Both the position numbers and the translations under genes were made by a program. DNA of 59,351 nt, filler included. It is 5 parts of 5 records of this genome, joined end to end, with 100 filler letters (N's around TTAATTAATTAA, not from the genome) between each part and the next. Parts side by side here need not be neighbours in the genome. Positions count along the whole stretch, not along the records: positions 1 to 8,780 come from SRR20825019_3123; positions 8,881 to 30,044 come from SRR20825019_3125; 3 more parts are not named here. One strand, given 5' to 3'. The notes beneath the pieces are model-generated. The model was given only the letters and a program-made list of their open reading frames with translations. It searched no databases and was not told the origin of the DNA. Positions 1 through 10,869 of this stretch are shown piece by piece; position 1 is the stretch's first letter, and every line of letters starts with the position of its first letter.

Positions 1-452
<452 letters not shown>

Positions 453-739
453 TTAATATTTAAAATAAATCTACTTTTATTAGAGTCTCGCGAAGATAAG
501 AAATAAGCAAAGCTTAGGCAACATTGCAAGTTTAGCTTTTAGTTATGAAGTTTATATCTTAACCTTTTTCGTCTTGTATCTTACTATTTACAGTGCCAAG
601 TGCTACTCTCACTAACCTCAGCTTGCCGTTACTTACTATAAATCAATCATTTAATCACTTAAAAATATACTTAATATTAGGTATTTCAAGACGAGGCATT
701 CCTAAGTAACTTCACTAACGAACTTTAAATCAATAATAT

Positions 740-1225
740 ATGAAAATCAACATCAAAACCTATCTGTGGTTATTGTTCTTGAGCTTACTAACTATTCCGC
801 TCTTTGCACAAACCTCAATTAATGCTGCTGCAATTAATTCGCCACCACAAAATGACATTTTACAGACCGCTAGTATTGGGCAAGTTTTTTACCTTGAAAA
901 TGCCTCTGCAAACACACAAGAAGTTCAAGGTGTGCAGCAACCTTTATTTATAGAGGTTTTAAGCACAGAAGAAAACAACCCTTTAGCTTTGGAAACTTCC
1001 ATTTACCCTAACCCAACAAACAATAGCGTGCATTTGGAAATTAAGCAATGGGACTCTAATCTGTCTTATAAACTATACGATACTTTAGGAAAACAAATCT
1101 CTGCAAACACTATAACAGCAGAACGTACAACCTTGCAAATGGATTACCTCTCAAGTGGTATTTACATTCTTCAACTTTTAGAAAACAACAGCCCCATAAA
1201 AATAACAAGAATCGTTAAACGATAA
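740..1225 (+). CDS. Small T9SS type-A sorting domain protein
   Basis: Signal peptide; SIGQVFY...QGVQQP motif; C-terminal IYPNPT...LYDTLGK...LSSGIYILQL...RIVKR typical of Bacteroidetes T9SS CTDs. Confidence 0.85.
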   Translation: MKINIKTYLWLLFLSLLTIPLFAQTSINAAAINSPPQNDILQTASIGQVFYLENASANTQEVQGVQQPLFIEVLSTEENNPLALETSIYPNPTNNSVHLEIKQWDSNLSYKLYDTLGKQISANTITAERTTLQMDYLSSGIYILQLLENNSPIKITRIVKR

Positions 1226-1235
1226 ATTTATTATT

Positions 1236-3991
1236 ATGAAAATTAACTACATTTTTTCAGCATTAGCTCTAGTAGCTATTATGCTTACTTCTTCATTTGC
1301 AATAGCGCAAAATAATGAAGGTTTTAGCTACCAGTCTATCATTAGAGATACAGATGGACTACCAATAGACAACCAAAACGTATCTATTAGAGTTGGTATT
1401 TATGAAGGATCTACTAGTGGACCATTGGTATATCAAGAAACTCACACTGTCACAACATCAGACGTTGGTTTAATCTCCCTCATCATTAGTGAAGGGACAG
1501 TAGTATCTGGAGATTTTAGCGTAATAGATTGGGGCAATGCGTCTCATTTTGTAACCACAGAAACAGATCCTAGTGGTGGCACAAACTACACTCTAGTAGG
1601 TTCTAGCAGACTTCTTAGTGTCCCTTATGCAAAATATGCATCTGTATCTGGTAGTTCCAATAGCATGAGTTCAGACTGGACACTACAAGGTAATACTATT
1701 GATGAAGCTATAGACTTTCTAGGCTCAACAAATGATCAAGACCTTATCTTAAAGCGTAATAACGTACAAGTTGCAAGGTTTGAGGATCAAAATATCGGAT
1801 TAGGAAATAATGCATTAGGTGCTGGCTCAACAGGAACGTCTAATGTAGCCATAGGTAATGGGACTTTACCTGTTAATACAGGACAATTTAATATTGCAAT
1901 TGGTGACAATGTGCTTTCAGCAAACACTTCTGGAAATCAAAATATTGGATTAGGGCAAGTGGCATTGTCTCAAAATACCACAGGACAAAATAACATAGCT
2001 TTAGGAAATAACGCTATGACAAGTAACACAACTGGCGGTGACAATGTAGCCTTAGGTGTTGTTGCTCTGAGCAATAATACAGAAGGTTTTAATAATGTTG
2101 CTATTGGTGGAAACACTTTAGGCTCTAATACTACAGGAAATGATAATGTGGCTGTTGGTAATCAATCACTTTCTACAGCAACTGAAGCAAATGGTAATGT
2201 CGGCGTTGGTCCTAATACACTTAGATTGACAACAACAGGACAGTTTAACGTTGGAATTGGAGGAAGTGCATTAGAAAATAATACCTCAGGTGAGCGCAAT
2301 GTTGGAATAGGTCTTATAGCACTAGTTGGAAATACCACAGGTGAAGATAATGTGGGTATAGGTACTGAAGCAATGGCTGCTAATACCGAAGGAAATTCTA
2401 ATGTCGCATTGGGAAATAACTCCTTAAGGAGTAATACAACTGGAAACGATAACGTAGCTGTTGGCGGTAATACCCTAAACGCAAATATAGATGGTAGTGC
2501 AAATGTCGCTATTGGCATAGACGCATTAGCGTTATCTACCAGCTCTATAGATAACACTGCTGTTGGCGCAGCTGCATTGCGAAACACAAGCTCTGGAAAC
2601 TCAAATGTAGCTGTTGGTGTAGAAGCTCTTGTAGATAATACCGAAGGAAATGAAAATGTAGCTTTAGGAAGAAGAAGCCTAGCTGCTAATACAACAGGTA
2701 ATGCCAACACAGCAGCAGGTTTTACAGCATTAGAATCAAATACTACTGGAAGTGAAAATACTGGTTTTGGTGTAAGAGCACTTAGAGGTAATAGTGATGG
2801 CTTTGGTAACTTAGCACTTGGATATGAGGCAATGCGAGAAGCTTAAGGTTCAAGACAAATAGGTATTGGTATAAATGCTCTAGCAGTTGCCACCGCTTCA
2901 AGTTTCACAAACTACGCTATAGGTAATGAGGCTATGTTAAACTTAACAGATGGCGGTAACAATTTAGCCTTTGGCGAATTTGCTCTCGGTAGCGCTACTA
3001 CTGCTGGCGACAATGTTGCTATAGGACAAGGTGGTGCATTGGGTCAAATTACAGGCGCTACTGGTAATGTTGGAGTTGGTACAGCAGTTATGGCAGAAAA
3101 AACTTCGGGTGATTTTAACACAGGACTAGGTCAAGGAGTATTAAGACTTAATATAGGTGGCGCAAGAAATACTGCAGTAGGTGCAGGATCTATGGAAAAT
3201 GGCACTACAGGTAATGATAACACATCAATAGGCGTAGACAGTATGAAAGAAAGCGAAGGAAGCAGCAACGCTGCACTAGGTTCCTTTGCCATGCAAAATC
3301 ACGGTACTGGAGACCTAAATACAGCAGTAGGTTTTGCTGCATATAGTGAAAGTACAAGCGGGTCTTTTAATATTGCCGTTGGTAGTTTTGCTTTAAACTC
3401 TATAAACTCTAATAATAATACAGGAGTTGGATATGCTGCAATGTTTTAAATACAACAGGTGTTAATAATGTTGCTTTAGGAAGATTTGCCGGTGGAAATG
3501 TAACTGAAGGAAGTAACAATATCTTTATAGGTGCCGGAACAAATAGCACAGGTGCTATTATAAGTAACCAATTAAATATTGGAAACAGTATTTATGGAGA
3601 TTTGGATGCCAATCTATTTGGATTTGGTGTAGAAACGCCTACAGAACGTATAGATGCAACTGGCGGTAATGTAAAAGCAGATACCTTTATCTCTGCTACA
3701 CAAACGTATCCGGATTATGTATTTCAAAATTATTATAAAGGTAGTTCTACTATAAAAGAAGATTATAACTTTACATCTTTAAAGACTGTAGAAGAATTTG
3801 TAAAAGAAAACAACCATTTACCTGGCGTGACATCTTATCAACAAGTTAAAGACAACAATATGACCATTAATTTATCTGAACTTGCTGTACAAAGCTTAGA
3901 GAAGATAGAAGAATTATACTTGCATATTATAGCACAGCAAAAGGAAATTGAAAAACTTAAAGCTGAAGTTGAAGCTATTAAGAAAAACTAA
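1236..3991 (+). pseudogene. Disrupted secreted repeat protein (tail-fibre/adhesin-like; 14-aa repeats; C-terminal S74-like chaperone/coiled coil)
   Basis: Three track ORFs (1236-2846, 2934-3449, 3602-3991) form one gene. The frame continues through TAA 2844-2846 (GSRQIGIGINALAV...). Restoring one T in ATGTTTTAAAT at ~3444-3447 gives MFLNTTGVNNVALGRFAG... into the YPDYVF...NNHLPGV...LEKIEELYLH tail. Confidence 0.8.
1790..3540 (+). repeat. Degenerate 42-nt / 14-aa tandem coding repeats (NTxGxxNVAxGxxAL)
   Basis: Dozens of units such as NTTGQNNIALGNNAM, NTTGNDNVAVGNQSL and NTEGNENVALGRRSL. Confidence 0.85.
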
Positions 3992-4011
3992 TCAACTTTC
4001 ATTAACTCTAG

Positions 4012-4047
4012 AAAAGCCTTCAATTTTAGGATTGAGGGCTTTTTTTA
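4012..4047 (+). terminator. Rho-independent terminator
   Basis: AAAAGCCTTCAAT-loop-ATTGAGGGCTTTT hairpin followed by a T-run, 20 nt after the stop at 3991. Confidence 0.8.
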
Positions 4048-4148
4048 TTTTGTAACTCAATAGCTTGTAATTCGTATTTATATCAAAATACACAATAGGC
4101 AATGTTACAGTGTCTTTTTCGTTACTTTTACACAAAATTTACTTTTAG

Positions 4149-5939
4149 TTGAAAACGCTTAAATATATACTTCTCACAACACTATTAACCTTGCAATACA
4201 CGTATGGGCAAGAACAAGACACTATAAAAGACAGTAAGATAGATTATACTGCAAACAGAACATTAATTGATGAAGTTAAATATCCTGGCGCATTAATTTT
4301 ATCAAAAGTAAAAGAACAAGTTCATTTCTTACACGAAGGTATAGATGTTTGGTGTGACCAAGCAGTGTTTTATAAAGAAGACAATTTTTTTAAAGCTTAT
4401 GGAAATGTAAGGATCAAACAAGGCGACACGGTTAATATGAATAGTACCTATGCCGAGTATAATGGCAATACCAAGTTTGCCTTTGCAAGTACTGGTGTTA
4501 GGCTTTCCACACCATCACAAACATTAACCACAGATTCTTTGTTTTTTGACCGCACAAAACAGCAAGCTTTTTACAGAAGTGGTGGTACCGTTAGAGATAC
4601 TGCAAGTACCATTACCAGTAAAATTGGGCGCTATTATATGGAGCTAGACAAATATTCTTTTAAAAGGGATGTTGTGGTAAACAATCCAGAATACGTTATT
4701 AATAGTGAGCAGTTAGATTTTTATACAAAGTCTGGTCACGCATACTTGTACGGTGAATCTACTATCGAAAGCGAAACAAGTACAGTTTACTGTGAACGTG
4801 GTTTTTATGACACAAGAGGCGATACTGGATATTTTGTTAAAAATTCTCAGATAGATTATGATAATCGAAAATTAGAAGGCGACAGCTTGTTTTTTGATCG
4901 CGCTAAGAATTTTGCATCTGCCACTAATAACATTAAAGTTACAGATACCGCTAACCAAAGCATTATAAAGGGACATTATGCAGAAGTTTTTAGAGATAAA
5001 GATTCTGTATTTATAACCAAAAGAGCATTAGCTATAACTGTACAAGACAAAGATTCTGTATATATTCATAGCGATACGCTTATGATTACTGGAAAACCAG
5101 AAAACAGAGTTATAAGAGGCTTTTATGATACACGTCTTTTTAAAAGCAATATGAGTGGAAAGTGTGACAGTGTCCATGTACAACAAAAGATAGGTCTCAC
5201 AAAAATGCTTGGAAATCCTGTACTCTGGTCAAGCAACAGTCAACTTACCGGAGACACTATACACCTACTTAATAATCCTACGACAGAAACGCTAGACACC
5301 TTAAAGGTTTTTAATAATGCGTTTATGATTCAGAAAGATTCTATTGAAGGTTACAACCAAGTAAAAGGTAAAGAACTTATTGGGTTGTTTAATGATGATA
5401 ACGATTTATACCAAGTTGATGTCCTCAAGAATACAGAAACCATCTATTATTTAAGAAACGAGCAAAAAGAGCTTATAGGTTTAAATAACACACTGGCATC
5501 ATCAATCTCCATACTTATGGAAAACAGAGAAATTGTTGATGTTTATTACTACAAACAGGTAGATGGCACCATTAATCCAGACCTAAATAAACCAGATGTA
5601 GAAAAAAGATTGACCGGTTTTAATTGGCGAGGTACAGAACAATTAATTACAAAAGAAGATTTATTTAAAGGCGAAGCACCTTTAGAACTTGTTAAAATAA
5701 AAGGTATCCCTTTGCCTACAGAAGAAAAAGCATTCTTTGAAGATCGGGATGAAGATGATGAGCTTCTATTAAATGAAAACTCCAGACTAAAGCCAGAGAC
5801 ATTACAGAACAAAGCTCAAGACAGCATCATTACAGCTCCAAAACTTAAAAAGGATTTATTAAAAAATCCGAAGCAAACAATAACTCCAAATGCAAAGCCC
5901 TTACTAGACCCACAAGGCTTAACTAAGGAAGACAATTAG
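4149..5939 (+). CDS. OstA-like (LptA/LptD_N family) protein
   Basis: Signal peptide; repeated beta-jellyroll motifs (WCDQAVFY, LTTDSLFFDR, GDSLFFDR, SDTL, CDSV, GDTI) as in Bacteroidetes OstA-like proteins. TTG start. Confidence 0.85.
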   Translation: MKTLKYILLTTLLTLQYTYGQEQDTIKDSKIDYTANRTLIDEVKYPGALILSKVKEQVHFLHEGIDVWCDQAVFYKEDNFFKAYGNVRIKQGDTVNMNSTYAEYNGNTKFAFASTGVRLSTPSQTLTTDSLFFDRTKQQAFYRSGGTVRDTASTITSKIGRYYMELDKYSFKRDVVVNNPEYVINSEQLDFYTKSGHAYLYGESTIESETSTVYCERGFYDTRGDTGYFVKNSQIDYDNRKLEGDSLFFDRAKNFASATNNIKVTDTANQSIIKGHYAEVFRDKDSVFITKRALAITVQDKDSVYIHSDTLMITGKPENRVIRGFYDTRLFKSNMSGKCDSVHVQQKIGLTKMLGNPVLWSSNSQLTGDTIHLLNNPTTETLDTLKVFNNAFMIQKDSIEGYNQVKGKELIGLFNDDNDLYQVDVLKNTETIYYLRNEQKELIGLNNTLASSISILMENREIVDVYYYKQVDGTINPDLNKPDVEKRLTGFNWRGTEQLITKEDLFKGEAPLELVKIKGIPLPTEEKAFFEDRDEDDELLLNENSRLKPETLQNKAQDSIITAPKLKKDLLKNPKQTITPNAKPLLDPQGLTKEDN

Positions 5940-5976
5940 CATTTCTGCCAATTTTGCATAACCATTATTATAAGCT

Positions 5977-7173
5977 ATGAAAGATGATTTCATTACTTAC
6001 CAAGCACAAACCACTCCGCATCCTTTAGCATTAGAAGTTAGCTATGCAGAAGGATCTTACATTTATGACACCAACAATAAAGCCTATTTAGATTTTGTTG
6101 CTGGAGTTTCTGCCTGCAGTTTAGGCCATAGGCATCCACGAGTTATTAATGCAATTAAAGGACAACTAGAAAAGTATTTACATGTTATGGTTTATGGGGA
6201 ATATGCTCAAGAACCTGCAGTAAAACTATCTAAACTCCTGGCTAAAAACTTACCAAAATCATTAAATAAAACTTACTTGGTAAACTCAGGCACAGAAGCT
6301 ATTGAGGGCGCATTAAAACTAGCTAGAAGAGCTACAGGAAGAACAGAAATTATCGCTGCACATAAAGCATACCATGGTAATACAATGGGTTCTTTAAGTT
6401 TAATGGATTTTGAAGAGCGCACTGCTCCATTTAAACCTTTAATTGAAGATGTGAATTTTATTGAATTTAATAACGAGGAACATCTTTCAAAAATTAGTGA
6501 TAAAACGTCATGTGTTATATTAGAGACCATACAAGGCGGTGCTGGATTTATTCTTCCGAAAAACGATTATTTAAAAAAAGTAAAAGATCGCTGTAAGACA
6601 GTTGGCGCACTTTTAATTCTAGATGAAATTCAACCAGGATTTGGTCGTACCGGAACTCTTTTTGGCTTTCAGAATTTTAATGTCGTACCAGATATTGTAG
6701 TAATGGGAAAAGGTATGGGTGGCGGCCTACCTATTGGTGCATTTACCGCATCAAACTCATTAATGGATTTACTAAGTGACAACCCTAAATTAGGTCATAT
6801 TACAACATTTGGTGGCAATCCAGTTATTGCGGCTTCTGCACTTGCAACCTTGCAGGAAATTACAGAAACAAACCTTATGCAAGAAGCTTTAAAGAAGGAA
6901 AAACTCTTCAGAAAGCTATTAAGACACCCATTAATTTCAGAAATAAGAGGCTCTGGATTAATGTTAGCTCCAATATTACCATCTGCTGAAATAGCTTCAG
7001 AAGTCATCTTGGCGTGTCAGGAAAAAGGACTTATTTTGTTTTGGTTACTATTTGAAAATAAGGCACTTAGAATATCTCCGCCACTTACAATTTCAGAAGA
7101 AGAAATCAAGAAAGGCTGTGGCATTATTATTGACATTCTAAATAGTGTAAAGTCTAATAATAAATCTTGTTAA
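5977..7173 (+). CDS. Class-III PLP aminotransferase (acetylornithine aminotransferase-like)
   Basis: YLDFVAG, NSGTEAIEGALKLAR, YHGNT, LILDEIQPGFGRTG, MGKGMGGGLP and TTFGGNP motifs. Confidence 0.93.
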   Translation: MKDDFITYQAQTTPHPLALEVSYAEGSYIYDTNNKAYLDFVAGVSACSLGHRHPRVINAIKGQLEKYLHVMVYGEYAQEPAVKLSKLLAKNLPKSLNKTYLVNSGTEAIEGALKLARRATGRTEIIAAHKAYHGNTMGSLSLMDFEERTAPFKPLIEDVNFIEFNNEEHLSKISDKTSCVILETIQGGAGFILPKNDYLKKVKDRCKTVGALLILDEIQPGFGRTGTLFGFQNFNVVPDIVVMGKGMGGGLPIGAFTASNSLMDLLSDNPKLGHITTFGGNPVIAASALATLQEITETNLMQEALKKEKLFRKLLRHPLISEIRGSGLMLAPILPSAEIASEVILACQEKGLILFWLLFENKALRISPPLTISEEEIKKGCGIIIDILNSVKSNNKSC

Positions 7174-7262
7174 TTACTTTGTTGAAAACAATACGCAAAT
7201 CAGCAAGTGCCCGTAAGATAGATTTATAACTTTATTTAAGTAGGAATGCAAATCTGAACGCT

Positions 7263-8654
7263 ATGCAATTAAGCCATAATGAAGACCATAATTTCTCGCT
7301 CGATAAATTTGAATCAATGCTTAAGACCAATGATGTCTTATTCTTTGATGCAGATGAATTTGAGAACATTATAAGCCACTACCTGGAAATGGGTAAAATT
7401 GGCCTAGCTAAGCGTGCTATTAAGTTAGGGCTTAGCCAGCACCCATCATCAATAAATCTTAAGCTTCATAAAGTTGAAGTTTTAGTTTTTGAAAATAAGC
7501 TAGATCGCGCCAATGAAATTTTGAGCGAGTTGTACCTTTTAGAGCCTACAAACGAAGAGATTTTCATTCAGAAAGCTAATATCTTCAGCAAACAAGACAA
7601 TCATAAAAAAGCTATAGAAATGCTGGAAACAGCATTAGAGCTAACTTTAGATGAAGCCGATGTTTATTCTTTAATAGGCATGGAACATCTCTTTATGGAA
7701 GATTATGAAAATGCCAAGTTTAGCTTTATGAAGTGTCTTGAGCAAGATGAAGAAGATTATGCATCATTATATAATATTGTGTATTGTTTCGATTTTTTAA
7801 ACCAGCGTAAAGAAGCAATCGACTATCTAAGTATGTACCTAAACACCAACCCATATTGTGAGGTTGCGTGGCACCAGTTAGGAAAACAGTATTTTGATGA
7901 TAAGGATTATGAAAAGGCATTAACTGCTTATGATTTTGCTATAATTAGTGACGATACTTTTATAGGCGCTTATCTTGAAAAAGGTAAAGTTTTAGAAAAA
8001 CTTAAGCGTTTTAATGAAGCTATAGAAAACTATAGAATTACGTTAGAGCTAGATGACCCAACTGCATTTGCATATCTTAGAATTGGTAGATGTTTTGAAA
8101 AACTAGGCGCAGATGATCTTGCCTTGCAACATTTTACTAAATGTGTGCATGAAGATCCGTTATTAGACAAAGGCTGGATTGCTTTAACAGACCAATATCT
8201 TAAAAAGTTAGACTATCAAAAAGCACTTTATTTTATTAATAAAGCTATAGATATAGATGAAGACAATGTTCTTTACTGGAAGCGTTATGCTAAAATAAAC
8301 AACCGTCTAAAATTTTATGAAGAAGCAGAGCGTGGTTACAGAAAATCTTTAGAGCTTGGAAACTATGAGCTAGAAACTTGGATAACACGTTGTGATATAC
8401 TTATAAATCTTGGTGAATATAATGTAGCTATTAATAACCTATTACAAGCTGAAGAGTTTTATCCGGATACAGCAGAAATTGAATACAGATTATCTGGATT
8501 ACATTTCTTGTTAAATGAAGGTGAAAAAGGTTATTTTCATTTAAATAACGGCCTTAAGATAGACCCAGAATACCATATTATAATTGAAGAATTATTCCCA
8601 ATGGTTTTTCAGCGAAAATCTGTAAAAGACGTTATTAAGATTTATATCTCTTAG
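7263..8654 (+). CDS. Tetratricopeptide repeat protein
   Basis: Multiple TPRs (AWHQLGKQY...YEKALTAYDFAI; AYLEKGKVLEKL...EAIENY); FESMLKTNDVLFFD N-terminus typical of flavobacteria. Confidence 0.9.
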   Translation: MQLSHNEDHNFSLDKFESMLKTNDVLFFDADEFENIISHYLEMGKIGLAKRAIKLGLSQHPSSINLKLHKVEVLVFENKLDRANEILSELYLLEPTNEEIFIQKANIFSKQDNHKKAIEMLETALELTLDEADVYSLIGMEHLFMEDYENAKFSFMKCLEQDEEDYASLYNIVYCFDFLNQRKEAIDYLSMYLNTNPYCEVAWHQLGKQYFDDKDYEKALTAYDFAIISDDTFIGAYLEKGKVLEKLKRFNEAIENYRITLELDDPTAFAYLRIGRCFEKLGADDLALQHFTKCVHEDPLLDKGWIALTDQYLKKLDYQKALYFINKAIDIDEDNVLYWKRYAKINNRLKFYEEAERGYRKSLELGNYELETWITRCDILINLGEYNVAINNLLQAEEFYPDTAEIEYRLSGLHFLLNEGEKGYFHLNNGLKIDPEYHIIIEELFPMVFQRKSVKDVIKIYIS

Positions 8655-8679
8655 TCCTTTACTTACTTAACCAATTGTC

Positions 8680-8687
8680 TATTTTTG
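8680..8687 (+). promoter_or_regulatory. Possible Bacteroidetes sigma-70 -7 element
   Basis: TATTTTTG matches TAnnTTTG, 18 nt before ATG 8706. Confidence 0.45.
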
Positions 8688-8705
8688 TGCAACTAACTTA
8701 CTATT

Positions 8706-8780
8706 ATGGAGCGCAATTTTAAAGACTATGCACTTATATCCTTAAAAGGGATTGCTATGGGTGCAGCAGATGTTGTACCT
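8706..8780 (+). CDS. DUF368-family membrane protein, N-terminus (truncated at contig end)
   Basis: MERNFKDYALISLKGIAMGAADVVP; KGxxMGAADVVP is the DUF368 start motif. Confidence 0.8.
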
Positions 8781-8880
8781 NNNNNNNNNNNNNNNNNNNN
8801 NNNNNNNNNNNNNNNNNNNNNNNNTTAATTAATTAANNNNNNNNNNNNNNNNNNNNNNNNNNNNNNNNNNNNNNNNNNNN
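8781..8880. other. Artificial contig spacer
   Basis: N44-TTAATTAATTAA-N44 (stops in all six frames); composition changes abruptly across it. Confidence 0.98.
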
Positions 8881-8929
8881 GCTGTTTCAAACCAATAAAT
8901 TCATTCATCCTCACACCGCCTGTGCGCAC

Positions 8930-9245
8930 CGGGCAGACCGGACCGCGTGGCCGGCCCATGGCCGAGTGACCCTACTAGTACCGGCCAGGCCGGGCCCGGC
9001 CGGGCGGAATCCCAGGTCACCGAGTGCGCGCCCGGCCGGGCTTGTTCAATTCGGAGGCAGCACGGAACGGAATGTGAACTGGATTGGTGGGAGTCGGTGA
9101 CGGGTTTTTCGTTGAGGGCGGCGGCTCCCGGCCCAGTGTCAGCGCGACGCCGCGGCCCGGCCGGGCCCGGGTGGGGCGGCGGATCGGACCCGTGGGCCCG
9201 CCGGACAACATGCCATTCTCCCGGGCCGGAGCCCGCGGCCGCCGA
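8930..9245. promoter_or_regulatory. GC-rich upstream island
   Basis: CCGG/GGCC-dense non-coding tract ending about 70 nt before ATG 9314. Confidence 0.5.
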
Positions 9246-9313
9246 ATCAGCTTGTAATTATACCTTTCTCATTAATATTAGCATGCTCCCCTTGTTTGGT
9301 GACAACGCCGAAA

Positions 9314-10831
9314 ATGGCGACGCTCAAATCACTTGTGGCCTTCTCCGTTGTAGTTGTGAGCTTGTATCTTGGCCTTCAACAGCAGTGTACTCCCAGACTT
9401 CCCCCCCATACTATCGGAGAGAACGCGAAAGCGTTCATCCAAGAAGAGCTATTGAGTGTTGCACAAGCCAACTCACTTCGTGAGATCCTCTATGGAATGA
9501 AAGAGTTCCCCACAAATGCAGCTGATACAAAATTTTATAAGACTCTACGTGAGCATATTGGCGAGGCCCTTCCCTCTGTGAATGGCACTTGCTCGCACCC
9601 ACTTTTGATTCCTTCAAAAGACAAGTCTTTGTGCGTCCTCCCTGGCCGTGTGGACGTGGCGAAACACTTCATCGTGCGGGGTGGTGTCGAGGGCGTGAAG
9701 GAACCCTATGATGTCCTAACTAGCAGGTTGCAGAGTTTTGGGCGCTACATGTTTGACCTTAGCGAGGTATCTTTTCATTCAACTTGGATCTCATGTCTTC
9801 GTGCTCATATTTATCATAGTACCCCGAGGTAGAGGAACTCTTTAAGACCCCCCGCTTTCAGGCGGCCGCGAAGCAAGTCTGTCCAAAGTCGAAGCAAGTG
9901 CTCGATCCATTTCAATTTAATTTGATTTTGCAAGTTCCTGGCCAGACAGTGGCTTTGCACTTGGATGCCCCATATTTTTGGGGTGCATCACGGTTCCAGT
10001 TCCCTCAATGGTTGCTTGCTGCCATGGTATTCAGTGGCCTATTCCAAGACAAGTTCATCGATCAAGTCCAGGTGGTAGGATATTTGCATGAATGGGAGAA
10101 GGGGGGTGATGAAGAAGGGTAAGTTGACTACTTGGATAGGGCTTGATATTGCCCCCAGGGCGTTGCTGATGCCACCGTCTGACCTTTCTTGCGTGTAGTG
10201 GTGACTTCGTATACTGGAACAAGAACTCTCGTGAACCCGAGGTTGTGTCCCCTGCTCCGCGAACCGGTGTAGTTACGGATGGCTCCAAGACAGTTCACGC
10301 AGCGACGATCTACAAGCCCGGAGTGCCGGCACCAGTCATGGACAAGTCCAAGGATAACGTCTTGGTTTTCGACAAGGATGCGGCAGGAGGTGAGGGCAGA
10401 TGGCATTTGATGGTGGATGGAAAGGCACAGGCTACGTACGAGAAGGAAGACCTGAGAATAAGCGTGGTATACCGCGCAAGATGCTTCGAGTCGGAGGAAC
10501 AAAGGGGGCGATATCACTCTGGTGAAGGAGTGAAGGAGATGGATCTAGAAGAGATTCTGCGCACACTAACAGACGACCTCATTCGCCGTAATAAGCTGTC
10601 CGAAGGCACAACTTATGATTCAATCCCTCGTTTTGATCTTGCCATGGCGATCCTTGACGGTAAGAGCGATCGCATCTTAATTTGGGTAGTTGATCCTCAC
10701 CATGTCATCCAACTGCAGAGTACATTGCATACCCCGGGCCAGTCAATGCGATCATACCATACAACTACTGCGCGTTGGGACGCCTCTATCCTGCCACAAA
10801 TCAATTCCTGGCGCCATTCTGCGGAAACTAA
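9314..10831 (+). CDS. Spliced eukaryotic protein, signal-anchored, putative 2OG-Fe(II) oxygenase-like fold
   Basis: Exons 9314-9766, 9820-10118, 10199-10659, 10719-10831 joined by GT-AG introns (53, 80, 59 nt) give one open frame ending ...FLAPFCGN*. Contains HLD (9958-9966), GGDFVYW, distal TVH (10296) and RISVVYR. Confidence 0.75.
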
Positions 10832-10869
10832 AGAGGTCTAACACATTGAATTCACTTAGCTATCCTCTT

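Noticed and set aside
2844..2846. Stop-codon reassignment or programmed readthrough
   Set aside because: TAA terminates neighbouring genes normally, and a second lesion (frameshift) points to decay or error.
1790..3540. 42-nt periodicity as a CRISPR array or DGR
   Set aside because: The repeats are degenerate at the DNA level and conserved only as protein; no constant repeat/spacer structure, cas gene or reverse transcriptase.
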